Of a stretch of 64,000 nucleotides of DNA, positions 11,034 through 20,358 are shown piece by piece. This stretch comes from Planctomycetota bacterium (GTDB lineage: Bacteria; Planctomycetota; B15-G4; JADJEK01): contig JBGAIQ010000021.1 in NCBI GenBank assembly GCA_044225365.1, positions 33,833 to 97,832 on the forward strand. The letters run 5' to 3'. Each line of letters begins with the position of its first letter. The first letter of the stretch is position 1. Under the pieces are notes generated by a model. That model did not search any database. It was not told where the DNA came from and saw only the letters and a program-made list of their open reading frames with translations. The position numbers and the translations under genes were made by a program.

Positions 11034-12329
11034 TCACAGGGTGTACGGGGCGCGCATCGGACGCGACAACAGCCGGTTCGCGTCCTCGTCACCGACGAAA
11101 CGCTCGGTCTTGGGATCGAAGTTCAGCTTGCGCTTCAGTCGCAGGGCGATGTTGGCGAGGTGGCAAACGGTCGCGGAACGATGCCCGATCTCGACGTCGG
11201 AGATCGGCCGCTTGCGCGAACGAATGCAGTCGACCCAATTCCCGCGATGGTCGCGGCTCTCGTAGAGCTTGACGGCGCCCGTGCCGGGCTCGGTGTAGAG
11301 GATCTCGGCGGGATCGGCTCCGATGCGCTCGCGCGATACGAAGATCGTCCCCTCCGTTCCCTCGAACGTGACTCCGTTCTCGCCGCTGCTGCGGCACAAG
11401 AGCTCCACACCATTCGCGTAGGTGTAGTTCACGTCGAACGTGAGCGCGCTGTCGTAGAGGCCATGCGTCGGGAAGACGGCACTTCCGGTCACGGTCGACG
11501 GGCCCGAATCCTCGTCGGTACCGATGCCCCATTGCGCGATGTCGAGGTGATGCGCGCCCCAGTCGGTGAGCTTTCCGCCGGAGTAGGCGAGGATCCAGCG
11601 GAAGTTGTAGTGGCAGCGATTCGGCGAGTACGGAACGTACGGCGTCTGACCGAGCCAGCGATCCCAGTCGAGCCCCGCGGGCGGACTGAGGTTCGGCTCC
11701 CATCCCATCGCTGGGCCTTCGCCGATCGTGGCGATGACGCGCTTCAGTTTGCCGATCTTGCCGTTGCGCACGAGGTCGCAAGCCCAGTGGAAGCGGTAAT
11801 CGGAGCGCTGCTGCGTGCCGACCTGGAAGACGCGTCCATACCGGCGTGCGGCGTTCGACATCGCGCGGCCTTCGGCGATCGTGAGCGAGAGCGGCTTCTC
11901 GCAATACACGTCCTTGCCCGCCTCGCAGGCGTGAACGGCGGCGAGCGAGTGCCAGTGATCCGGAACGACGATCTGCACCGCATCGATGTCGTTGCGGTCG
12001 AGAAGCTCGCGATAGTCGTTGTATCCGTCCGCCTTGCCGCCCGCGCCCGCCACCATCGAGAGCGCTTGATCGAGGTGGTTCTTGTCGACGTCGCAGAGCG
12101 CGCGCACTTCGAAGTCCGGCATGCCGAGGATGCTCGGGAGATGCCAGCCGCGGCCGAGATCGCCGCAGCCGATGAGGCCGTATCGCAGCTTCGAGTTCTT
12201 GTCGACGCGCCGCGTCATGAACGAGCGCGCGGCAGCCGTCTGCATCCCTTCGAGGGCGATCGCGGTCGCCGCCGCTCCCTTGCCGAGAGTCTTCAGGAAT
12301 CCGCGTCGACCGAGTCGAGGATCACTCAT
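11034..12329 (-). CDS. Tat-exported Gfo/Idh/MocA-family oxidoreductase
   Basis: RRGFLK Tat motif, GLIGCG, PDHWH, YCEKP, QVGTQQRS and DWGAHHLD. Confidence 0.92.
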   Translation of the reverse strand: MSDPRLGRRGFLKTLGKGAAATAIALEGMQTAAARSFMTRRVDKNSKLRYGLIGCGDLGRGWHLPSILGMPDFEVRALCDVDKNHLDQALSMVAGAGGKADGYNDYRELLDRNDIDAVQIVVPDHWHSLAAVHACEAGKDVYCEKPLSLTIAEGRAMSNAARRYGRVFQVGTQQRSDYRFHWACDLVRNGKIGKLKRVIATIGEGPAMGWEPNLSPPAGLDWDRWLGQTPYVPYSPNRCHYNFRWILAYSGGKLTDWGAHHLDIAQWGIGTDEDSGPSTVTGSAVFPTHGLYDSALTFDVNYTYANGVELLCRSSGENGVTFEGTEGTIFVSRERIGADPAEILYTEPGTGAVKLYESRDHRGNWVDCIRSRKRPISDVEIGHRSATVCHLANIALRLKRKLNFDPKTERFVGDEDANRLLSRPMRAPYTL

Positions 12330-12511
12330 TGCGCGCTCCAGCGGGGGTTGCCGATTCGGGGCCGTCACCCTACGCCGGACACTCGCGTGGCGCAACGGCG
12401 GGGATGGCGATGAAAGCCGGAACGCAGCTGGGGGTTCCTGCGGGGAGGAGAAGGAAGACAAGACAGGAGAAGAGCCGCGCTGGAGCGCGGCGGTCCAAAC
12501 GGCCCCGCTCT

Positions 12512-12620
12512 TCCCGACGGCCTCGACCGTCCCGACGGCCTCGACCGTCCCGACGGCCCCGACCGTCCCGACATTTGCCCCGATCCCGCCCGTCCCGACA
12601 TACCCAACGGTCCCGTCGGT
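12512..12620. repeat. Degenerate 9/18-bp tandem repeat (cccgacggc/ctcgaccgt units)
   Basis: cccgacggcctcgaccgt occurs twice exactly, followed by decaying copies with a 9-bp period. Intergenic, abutting the MITE. Confidence 0.8.
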
Positions 12621-12623
12621 TCA

Positions 12624-12784
12624 CAGCCCGTTGAACAACTCGGCCGGCATTCGCCCGGCTGCGAAGCGCCAGGACATCGTCGGACATCGTCGCCATATCG
12701 CTCCACTGATATGCCTCCTCTGTCCTCCTCGTCCTGACGCTTCTCGCTCGGTCTCGGCGCTCGGCCGACTCGTTCGACGGGCTG
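12624..12784. mobile_element. 161-bp palindromic MITE/REPIN-like element, copy 1
   Basis: Near-identical to 34061-34221. Imperfect terminal inverted repeats cagcccgttgaac...gttcgacgggctg. Flanked by ttca and ttaa. Confidence 0.85.
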
Positions 12785-12799
12785 TTAAGGAGTGAGTTG

Positions 12800-14167
12800 T
12801 TAAGGGAATTCCCAGTCCGCGATGCTGGAAGGGGTGCGGTCGCCAAGATGCGCGGCGAGACGAGCGAGGACCTTTGGTTCCTTCACCGCGAGGTCCGTCG
12901 TCTCGTTCGGGTCCTTGCGAAGGTCGAACAGCTCGCGAGTGACCGCGCCATCCTTCTTCTTCTTCTCGCCGCGAACGACGAGCTTCCAATCGCCGTCGCG
13001 CACCGCGCGCCAGCCGCCGCCCGAGGAATGCTCGAAGTAGAGCGAGCGGGGCGCGAGCGACTTGCCTTCGAGCCACAGCGAGCCGAGATCCACGCCCTGC
13101 GATTTCACGGGCGGGGCGGCGCCGCAGAGCGGCGCCAGCGTGGCGAACAGATCGAACAGCGCGACGGGGGAATCGGCCGTGCTCCCCGCCTTCACGTGTC
13201 CCGGCCAGCGCACGATCAGCGGACAGCGGATCCCGCCGTCGTAGAGCTGGCCCTTCACGCCGCGCAAGTCGCCGTTGCTCTTGAAGAAACGCGTGTCCGA
13301 TCCGGCGGCATCGAACGTGCCGCCGTTGTCGGAGGCGAGGATCACGATCGTGTCCTGCGCGAGCCCGAGTTCGTCGAGTTTCGAGAGCAGCGTGCCGACG
13401 TCTCGATCGAAGCGACTGACCATCGCGGCATACGCGGCATGCGGCGTCTTCTGCGGTTGGTAACCCTGGCCCTTCTCGTACGGCGTCTCCGGGAACTTGC
13501 CGTTGTATTCGGCGAGCGAATCGTCGGGGACTTGCAATGCGAGGTGCGGCACCGTCGTCGCGTAGAACAGGAAGAACGGCTCCTTCGCGTGGGTCGTCAG
13601 GAACTCGATCCCCTGCTTCAAGAAGAGGTCGGCCGCGTACGTCTTGCCATCGAGTTCGATCGTCTTCTCATCGTCGAACAGCGACTTCGGATAGTGATCG
13701 TGCGCCGGCACTTGACCGATGAAGCCATAGAAGCGCGAGAATCCCTGCGTGAGCGGCGACCCCTCGCTGTCCATCGGCCCGAGACCCCACTTGCCGATGC
13801 AGGCGGTGGCGTAGCCGGCTCCTTTCAAGGACTCCGCGAGCGTGAATTCGCCGGCCCGCATTGGCCACTCGGCGTCGTTGCCCTTTCCACTGCCGCGATT
13901 GTCGCGGATCGCGGCGTGCCCCATGTCGCGACCGGTCAGTAGCGCGCATCGCGACGGTGCGCAGACCGGAGCGCCGCAGTACGCGATCGTGTGCCGCAAG
14001 CCTTGCGCGGCGAGATGATCGATCTGCGGAGTCGTGATCTTCTTCTGCCCGTAGCAACCGAGGTCTCCCGAGCCGAGGTCGTCGGCGAGGATGAGGAGGA
14101 CGTTCGGTTTGCGGGCCGGCGCGGGAGGAGCAAAGGCGACGAGGCTGAGGGCGATGGCAAGGAGCAT
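12800..14167 (-). CDS. Arylsulfatase (Cys-type, formylglycine-dependent), secreted
   Basis: PNVLLILADDLG, CAPSRCALLTGR, GKWGLG, SDNG and ELFDLRKDPNET. Signal peptide from ATG 14167. Confidence 0.93.
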   Translation of the reverse strand: MLLAIALSLVAFAPPAPARKPNVLLILADDLGSGDLGCYGQKKITTPQIDHLAAQGLRHTIAYCGAPVCAPSRCALLTGRDMGHAAIRDNRGSGKGNDAEWPMRAGEFTLAESLKGAGYATACIGKWGLGPMDSEGSPLTQGFSRFYGFIGQVPAHDHYPKSLFDDEKTIELDGKTYAADLFLKQGIEFLTTHAKEPFFLFYATTVPHLALQVPDDSLAEYNGKFPETPYEKGQGYQPQKTPHAAYAAMVSRFDRDVGTLLSKLDELGLAQDTIVILASDNGGTFDAAGSDTRFFKSNGDLRGVKGQLYDGGIRCPLIVRWPGHVKAGSTADSPVALFDLFATLAPLCGAAPPVKSQGVDLGSLWLEGKSLAPRSLYFEHSSGGGWRAVRDGDWKLVVRGEKKKKDGAVTRELFDLRKDPNETTDLAVKEPKVLARLAAHLGDRTPSSIADWEFP

Positions 14168-14273
14168 GGCGGAAGGGTACCCCGAAGCGAAGTGGGTTCG
14201 AGGCCTGCGTCGTGGGTCGAAGGCTTTGCGAACGTCTTCGCGCCTGAGCGAACTCGAGTCGTCATTTCGAATC

Positions 14274-14304
14274 GACAAAATCACCGTGACGTGGTGATTT
14301 TGTC
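14274..14304. promoter_or_regulatory. Perfect 12-bp inverted repeat, operator-like
   Basis: gacaaaatcacc-N7-ggtgattttgtc. AT-rich, located between the sulfatase start and a gene remnant. Confidence 0.55.
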
Positions 14305-14419
14305 ACCAACCTGCGAAGAAACACCCCAGAGCGCGTCGAACGAGCCCAAGTGGGCGCGGCAGAGTGGAAAGAGCACGATTACATAATCCTACGCCGCCGA
14401 GAAGTTCGGAGCGGACGCT

Positions 14420-14558
14420 CGCCGCGATCCCGCGGCCTCGGTTCGTGCGCGGGATCGTTCTGTACACCGGAACCGAAGTCGTGAGATTCGCGGAGAACCT
14501 GATCGCGGTTCCGATCGCCTCGTCATGGCGAGGCGGAGACAGCGAACCACGGCCCTGA
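14420..14558 (+). pseudogene. C-terminal remnant of an AAA_14/DUF4143 ATPase
   Basis: RFVRGIVLYTGTEVVRFAENLIAVPIASSW resembles the DUF4143 C-terminus. No ATPase domain upstream. Confidence 0.55.
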
Positions 14559-14616
14559 TGACGGGGACGACGACTCCTGCAACCGTCCCACGAAGGCAGG
14601 ACAGAACTCGGAGCGA

Positions 14617-16359
14617 TCACTTCATGCGCAGTTCGAGGTGATGGGTGCGCCCGTCGCGCAAGGGGATGGAGACGTAGTACTCGCCGCGGGGATCTTCCAA
14701 GCGCTTCCCGTCGAACCAGATCTCGCACGAATCGATGAACAGGAAGAAGGATCCCTCGAGGCATCCGTAGTCGCCTGGGGGCAAGGCCGGGGAGACGAAA
14801 TGGGATCGCTCGTCGAGTTGGAGGAGGACGAGACGGCCGGCGCCCAAGCACTCGATCTGGGATCCGCCGAGGGCCTCCTTGGGGTTGAGAAGGGGTTTCC
14901 CTTCCTTCGTGATCTCGCCCTCGAGGAATCCACCCACCCGCAGCTCGACTCGAAGCGGTTCGCTCTCCTTGCCCGTGACGTAGACCTGCGGCAGACTCGT
15001 AAACGGTTGACCCGTTGCGGTGACGCGGATCTCGACCATCGTGTCGGGAAGATGTTCGATGCGACACCGACCGAGCGCATCCGTCCTCGCGCGTGCGATG
15101 GGTTCTCCTTCGAGCTGCGGTGAGAATTCGACGAGGACTTCCGCGTCGGGAACCGGGCGACCTGCATCATCGACGACGATCACGTCGCGGTGCACACCTT
15201 CATCGAAGACGACCAAGGTCTCGTTCGCGTCCGGTGTCGGGATGTCGAAGCGGACTCGCTTCGGAGCAAGTCCCTCCGCCCGCAACCAGCATTCGCGACG
15301 GATTGCCGCGGAGGGAAACAGGGAGGCTTCTGCGCCGAATCGGACACGGAACTCGCCGTCGTCGGAAGCATCGAGGCGATGATCCGTGATCGGCTGCAGA
15401 ACGTAGTTCACATCCCGCACGCGAACCGGTCTTGGGTCGTCGCCCCATATCGCGCGGCCGCGAATGTCCGCCGCTGGCCGCATCTCGATGTGCAGAGGCA
15501 AGGGACCGGAATTCAATCCCGTCGTCTTCGGGACGAACCCGGCGGCGTAGGCGGTGATCCTCGAGAGATTCGCAGGACCGAGGGGCATGGGTCCGAGGAC
15601 GAACTCGCCGCGCGCGTTGGTCCGCGACGTGCACCTCGTCGAGTGATTCAGCGGGTCGCCCGGTGTGAGCACCTCGCCGATCAACGTGGCTCCTTCGATC
15701 GTCTCGCCATCCGCGTCGGTGACTTTGCCCCTCACTTCGATCGAAGGAACGAGATCCAATGCCACGGTCGTTGGAAAGGCTGTCGTCGAGTCGAGCTCGA
15801 TCGCCCGTGACACACGTTCCCCGTGGCGTGCTTGCAGGGTCAGGTTCGATTGCGGAGCAACTCCACCCAACTCGAATCCACCGCGATCGTCCGTCGCGAG
15901 CAAGCGACGTCCGAATCCGCCGCAAACGCACACCAAGGACTCGCCGATGGGCTCACCGCGCTCATCGCGCACGGTCCCAGAAAGCCAAGGGACGAAAGAC
16001 TGTGTCGACAGCATGCCGAGATCGATGACCCCGTCTTCGTCGGGCAACGCAACGGTCGATTCCAGTCGCGAGAGGCCATCCGGCCCCCCACCGTAGACGC
16101 TGTATGTCGTCGCCTCGGGAAACTCGATGCAGAAGCGGCCGTCCACGCCGGTCAGGGTCGACAGCGGCGGCGTCCAACTCGGAGTATTCGTGGAGTCGTA
16201 TTCGGCGAATAGAACACGGAAGCCGCCAAACGGCACTCCCTCCGGCGTCACCACGCATCCGCGGACGACGAACGGGGGGCCCGAGTCCCCGCTCCTCGCG
16301 ATCGCGCAGGGAGTCGTCAGCGCGATCGCGAGGAGCGATGCAATCCCGGAGTTCACCAT
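14617..16359 (-). CDS. Secreted protein with repeated carboxypeptidase-regulatory-like (CarboxypepD_reg) domains
   Basis: Signal peptide. Repeats GTVRDERGEPI, GKVTDADGETI, VVDDAGRPVPDAEV and TDxxGxF. Confidence 0.75.
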   Translation of the reverse strand: MVNSGIASLLAIALTTPCAIARSGDSGPPFVVRGCVVTPEGVPFGGFRVLFAEYDSTNTPSWTPPLSTLTGVDGRFCIEFPEATTYSVYGGGPDGLSRLESTVALPDEDGVIDLGMLSTQSFVPWLSGTVRDERGEPIGESLVCVCGGFGRRLLATDDRGGFELGGVAPQSNLTLQARHGERVSRAIELDSTTAFPTTVALDLVPSIEVRGKVTDADGETIEGATLIGEVLTPGDPLNHSTRCTSRTNARGEFVLGPMPLGPANLSRITAYAAGFVPKTTGLNSGPLPLHIEMRPAADIRGRAIWGDDPRPVRVRDVNYVLQPITDHRLDASDDGEFRVRFGAEASLFPSAAIRRECWLRAEGLAPKRVRFDIPTPDANETLVVFDEGVHRDVIVVDDAGRPVPDAEVLVEFSPQLEGEPIARARTDALGRCRIEHLPDTMVEIRVTATGQPFTSLPQVYVTGKESEPLRVELRVGGFLEGEITKEGKPLLNPKEALGGSQIECLGAGRLVLLQLDERSHFVSPALPPGDYGCLEGSFFLFIDSCEIWFDGKRLEDPRGEYYVSIPLRDGRTHHLELRMK

Positions 16360-16428
16360 GACGGCATCTTCGGCGGCGAACGCATCGACCGGTGTAATTC
16401 GGTAGTAACGAGCGCGTCGCGACCGGCG

Positions 16429-16716
16429 TCAGCCCTGCATGCGCACGAGTTCGATCTCGCCGGGGCGGCGGATCAACGTGTCGATCCAGCGCGCGCCGTC
16501 GCGGCAGTAGCGAAGCTGCGCCTGATCGAGCTGGTGGGACTCGAACGCCCTTGCGAGCGCTGCGATGCTCTCCTGCGGCGCGCCGCCGCGGGTGCGGATC
16601 GAGACATCGCTCGCGGTCGCGGCGAGCTCAGCGAGGTACGCCGTGAGCTGTTCGCCGGACAAGGGCGCGGTGAAGACGTCGGGCAGCGTGTCGATCTGCG
16701 AGTTCGAGGGATTCAT
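16429..16716 (-). CDS. Hypothetical 95-aa protein, last gene of the nap operon
   Basis: ATG overlaps the stop of the upstream ferredoxin (ATGA). Protein-like C-terminus QLRYCRDGARWIDTLIRR. Confidence 0.65.
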   Translation of the reverse strand: MNPSNSQIDTLPDVFTAPLSGEQLTAYLAELAATASDVSIRTRGGAPQESIAALARAFESHQLDQAQLRYCRDGARWIDTLIRRPGEIELVRMQG

Positions 16717-17060
16717 GTCCGGACTCCTCGTTCGCGAGGACGGGTGAAATGGGCTTGGGAGCGGATCACCGCGATCGCGCCGCCCTGCGGTGCGGGACAC
16801 GCGTCGGCGCAGAGGCCGCAGCCGGTGCATCGCGCGGGGTCGATCCGCGGCTTGCCGAGGGTGACGACGACCGCGCCTTGTTCGGGACAGCGCTCGACGC
16901 ACACCGAGCAGAAGCTTTTCTGATGCGCGAGGCAGTTGGACTCGAGGATGATCGCGGGGCGGGCGATCGATGACTTCGGGCTCGCTTCGACTTTGCGCCG
17001 AAACACCCCGGTCAAGAACTCGCGTCGGAGAACGCCGGCCTTCGTGGGTGAGGGGTTCAT
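16713..17060 (-). CDS. Short NapF/NapG-like 2x[4Fe-4S] ferredoxin
   Basis: RREFL N-terminus, CLAHQKSFCSVCVERCP and CTGCGLCADACP. ATGA overlap with napB. Confidence 0.8.
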   Translation of the reverse strand: MNPSPTKAGVLRREFLTGVFRRKVEASPKSSIARPAIILESNCLAHQKSFCSVCVERCPEQGAVVVTLGKPRIDPARCTGCGLCADACPAPQGGAIAVIRSQAHFTRPRERGVRT

Positions 17061-17893
17061 GGCTTGCCGGTCGCCGCGGTCTTTTCGGTCTCCCGCACGA
17101 TCGGTCCTTCCAGGAAGAGTGGCGCATCGAGCGGCGGCTCGAATTCGAGCGTGGCTGCCGGGGGATGGCACTGCAGGCAGTTCTGCCGCTCGGGATGCGA
17201 GGTCTTGAGACCGACGTCGCCGTTCGGCCCATGACACGCGAGGCAGTCGTGGCGCAGGAGCGTCGAATGCGGCGTCCATGGCGGAAGACCCGTACCGGCT
17301 CGATGCGCGAATTCGATCGGCGCGAAGCCCTCGAACGAATTGTCGGCGAGGACGAGGTCCGAAAAGCGCGAGTTCCTCTGCTCGACGTGGCACTGCAGAC
17401 ACTGTGAGTAGACGGGATGTGGGATCTTGCGGGCGACGACGTCGCCGACGACCGACCCATTCTCGTGGCACGTGAGGCACGACGCGGCGCTCTGCGAATC
17501 GACTGCGTGAGGAATGACGGGAGGCGCGCCGTCATAGGCTCGACGCGATTCGCGGCGCAGTAGCGCGAGGTGGCGCAAGGCAGGATCGGGCTTCTTCGGC
17601 GGTTCGCTCGCGGGCGGTTGCTTCAGCGTCGCGACCGAGCTGACGAAGTTGCGATTCGGACCGAGTCCGGAGAGTCCGATCTCCGCGTAGCTCGGCGCGG
17701 CGAGCACATCGGAAGCGAAATCGAGCGGCCGTTCGCCATGCACCGGTCGCAACGCATCGCGCCGCGGCTCGCTGCGAATGCCGATTGCAAAACCGACCGC
17801 CGCGATCCCGAGCACGGCGCACGAGACGACGAGCATCGTCTTCTTGCCGAGAGATCGTTCGAGGGGAGTGACGGATTCGCCCATTTCGCCCAT
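17057..17893 (-). CDS. napB: Nitrate reductase cytochrome c subunit, NapB-like, tandem-duplicated with 4 hemes
   Basis: Two units of PPx(I/T)PH...CxxCH...H...CLQCH (CLTCH, CLQCH, CLACH, CLQCH). N-terminal TM segment. Directly after napA. Confidence 0.82.
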   Translation of the reverse strand: MGEMGESVTPLERSLGKKTMLVVSCAVLGIAAVGFAIGIRSEPRRDALRPVHGERPLDFASDVLAAPSYAEIGLSGLGPNRNFVSSVATLKQPPASEPPKKPDPALRHLALLRRESRRAYDGAPPVIPHAVDSQSAASCLTCHENGSVVGDVVARKIPHPVYSQCLQCHVEQRNSRFSDLVLADNSFEGFAPIEFAHRAGTGLPPWTPHSTLLRHDCLACHGPNGDVGLKTSHPERQNCLQCHPPAATLEFEPPLDAPLFLEGPIVRETEKTAATGKP

Positions 17894-17901
17894 GACCTGC
17901 C

Positions 17902-20358
17902 TCACTGGCTCGCGACGCGCGCCATGCGCGAGACGCGCACGGCGCACTTCTTGTAGTCGGGCTGCTTGCTGAAGAAGTCGTTCGCCTCGAGCGTGCACTC
18001 GTTGATGAGCGACGTCTCGTCGAAGAACGGAACGAACACGGATCCCTTCGGCGGGCGTCCGCGACCGTCGATCCACGCTGGAAGATCGATGTGCCCGCGG
18101 CGCGACTCGACGCGCACGATCTCACCGTTCTGGATGGCGAGCGCCGTCGCGTCCTCGGGATTCAGCTCGACGTAGGCGCGCGGCATCGCGCGGCGCAGCT
18201 CGGGCACCCGTCGCGTCATCGTCCCGGTGTGCCAGTGTTCGAGGACGCGCCCGGTGCAGAGCCACATCGGGAAATCGGCATCCGGCACCTCGGGCGGCTT
18301 CACGTAGGGACGGAACCAGATCTGCGCGCGGTCGTCGTGCGACGTCGAGTGATAGAACTGGATGCCGGTTCCCGGCTTCACGTTCGGATCGTCGAACTCG
18401 GAGAAGCGGTAGCGGGTCTCACGCCAACTGCCGTCCTTCTGCTGCATGACCGGCCAGCGCAGTCCGCGCGCCTTCACGTACTCGTCGTAGGGCGCGAGGT
18501 TCTTGTGCTTCATCGTCGTGAAGCGGCGGTACTCCTCGAAGAGCGCCTTGTCGACGTTGGCTTCGTAATAGTGCTCCCATTGCCAGATCGGGATCGCAGC
18601 GCCCTTCGCGTCGGCGAGACCGAAATCGAAGAGGAACTTGCCGTCCTTGTCCTTCATCCCGGGATGTCCGAGATCGAACAGCTTCCTCGCGACGGCGATC
18701 GTCTGCCAGCAGTCGTCGCGCGCTTCGCCTGGCGGGTTCACCATGCGGAACCACTGCTGCGTGCGGCGCTCGCTGTTGCCGTACATGCCGTTCTTCTCGA
18801 CCCACAGCGCGGACGGCAGGATCAGATCGGCGAGCTGGGTGGTGGCGGTCGGGTAGACATCGCTGACGATCAGGAACTTGTCGTCCTGGCCCTTCTTCTT
18901 GTCGAAGAGCTTGCCGAGATTCGGGAGCGACTGACCTGGGTTCGTCACCTGGACCCAGAGGACATCGATCTCGCCGCCCTTGTCCCCGGGGCCCTTGGGA
19001 GTGCAGAAGCTCTCGAAGAGCTTTACGGTGTGAAGACCCGGCTTGGCGTTGATGCGGCCCGCCGGCAGGTTCCACAGCTCCTCGCACTGCTTGCGATGAT
19101 CGTCCTTCGCGACGAGCCGACCGCCGGGCAGCGCGTGCGAGAGCGTTCCGACCTCGCGCACCGTTCCGCAGGCGGACGGCTGGCCGGTGAGGCTCGTCGG
19201 CGCGTCGCCCGGTTTGCCGAAGTGTCCGGAGAGCAAGTGGACCGCGTGCACCAGCGAGTTGATCGCGGTGCCCTGCGTGTGCTGGTTCATGCCCATGCAC
19301 CACAGGCTCGTGATCTTCAGGTCGCGACGGCCGAAGAGATCCGCGAGCATCCGGATGTCGTCCGCCTTCAGGCCGGCGAGTTCCGCGGCGTGCTCCGGTG
19401 TGTAGGGCGCGAGCGCAGCCTTGAATTCCTCGAACGTGGTCGCGACGCCGTCGAGCACCGGCGGATCGGAGTCCTTGCGGAAGGCGCAGTGCTTATCGAC
19501 GAAGTCCTTGTCGTAGGAGCCCTTCTCGAGGAGCAGATGGAGGATGCCATTCGCGATCGCGAGATCGCCCTGCGGCGCCATCTCGAGGAAATGGTCGGCT
19601 TGATCGGTTGTGCGCGTCCGTCGCGTGCCGATGTCGATCAGCATCACCTTCTGGCCGCGCGACCGGCGGTCGATGAGCCGGGAGAAGAGAACGGGATGCA
19701 TCTCGGCCGGGTTATTGCCCCAGAGAATGCACACGTCGCACTCGTCGAGGTCCTGATAACAGCCGGCGGGCTCGTCGACGCCGTAGACCGAGAGGAAGCC
19801 CGTCACCGCCGACGCCATGCACAGCCGCGCGTTCGGATCGATGTGGTTGTTCGAGAGGCCGGCCTTCATCAGCTTTTGCGCGGCGTAGCCCTCGGGGATC
19901 GTCCACTGGCCCGACCCGTAGAACCCGAAGCGCTCTGGCGCCGCCATGATCTTCTTGCCGATGAGGTCGATCGCCTCGTCCCACGAGATCGGTTCGTACG
20001 CATCGCCGCGCCGCAGCAACGGTCGCGTCAACCGATCCTTGCCGTAGAGGATGCCGCCGACGTGGTAGCCCTTCACGCAGAGCAGGCCCTTGTTGACGTC
20101 GGCGAGCGGATCGCCCTGGATCGCGACGACCTTGCCCTCGCTCGCGTCGACGCCGACACGAACGTGGCAGCCCGTTCCGCAGAATCGGCACGGCGCCTTG
20201 TCCCACTTTAGGTTCTCGAGACCCGGGGACGAATCGGGACGATCGCTCGCACGAGCTTCGGGCGCCCCGAACGACCTCTTTGCGACCGCCGTCGCCGCGG
20301 CAAGCGCCGCCGTCTTCAGGAAGTCGCGGCGGTCACGAGTCTTGGTGGCATGCAACAT
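17902..20358 (-). CDS. napA: Periplasmic nitrate reductase catalytic subunit
   Basis: Tat motif RRDFLK, APCRFCGTGC...LCVKG [4Fe-4S] motif, GSGQWTIPEGY, NARLCMASA (Mo-ligand Cys), SLTGQPSACGTVREVG, TGRVLEHWHTGTMT and PDYKKCAV. Confidence 0.95.
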   Translation of the reverse strand: MLHATKTRDRRDFLKTAALAAATAVAKRSFGAPEARASDRPDSSPGLENLKWDKAPCRFCGTGCHVRVGVDASEGKVVAIQGDPLADVNKGLLCVKGYHVGGILYGKDRLTRPLLRRGDAYEPISWDEAIDLIGKKIMAAPERFGFYGSGQWTIPEGYAAQKLMKAGLSNNHIDPNARLCMASAVTGFLSVYGVDEPAGCYQDLDECDVCILWGNNPAEMHPVLFSRLIDRRSRGQKVMLIDIGTRRTRTTDQADHFLEMAPQGDLAIANGILHLLLEKGSYDKDFVDKHCAFRKDSDPPVLDGVATTFEEFKAALAPYTPEHAAELAGLKADDIRMLADLFGRRDLKITSLWCMGMNQHTQGTAINSLVHAVHLLSGHFGKPGDAPTSLTGQPSACGTVREVGTLSHALPGGRLVAKDDHRKQCEELWNLPAGRINAKPGLHTVKLFESFCTPKGPGDKGGEIDVLWVQVTNPGQSLPNLGKLFDKKKGQDDKFLIVSDVYPTATTQLADLILPSALWVEKNGMYGNSERRTQQWFRMVNPPGEARDDCWQTIAVARKLFDLGHPGMKDKDGKFLFDFGLADAKGAAIPIWQWEHYYEANVDKALFEEYRRFTTMKHKNLAPYDEYVKARGLRWPVMQQKDGSWRETRYRFSEFDDPNVKPGTGIQFYHSTSHDDRAQIWFRPYVKPPEVPDADFPMWLCTGRVLEHWHTGTMTRRVPELRRAMPRAYVELNPEDATALAIQNGEIVRVESRRGHIDLPAWIDGRGRPPKGSVFVPFFDETSLINECTLEANDFFSKQPDYKKCAVRVSRMARVASQ

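Noticed and set aside
12512-12620. Possible CRISPR array
   Set aside because: Units are contiguous 9/18-bp repeats with no unique spacers and no cas genes nearby.
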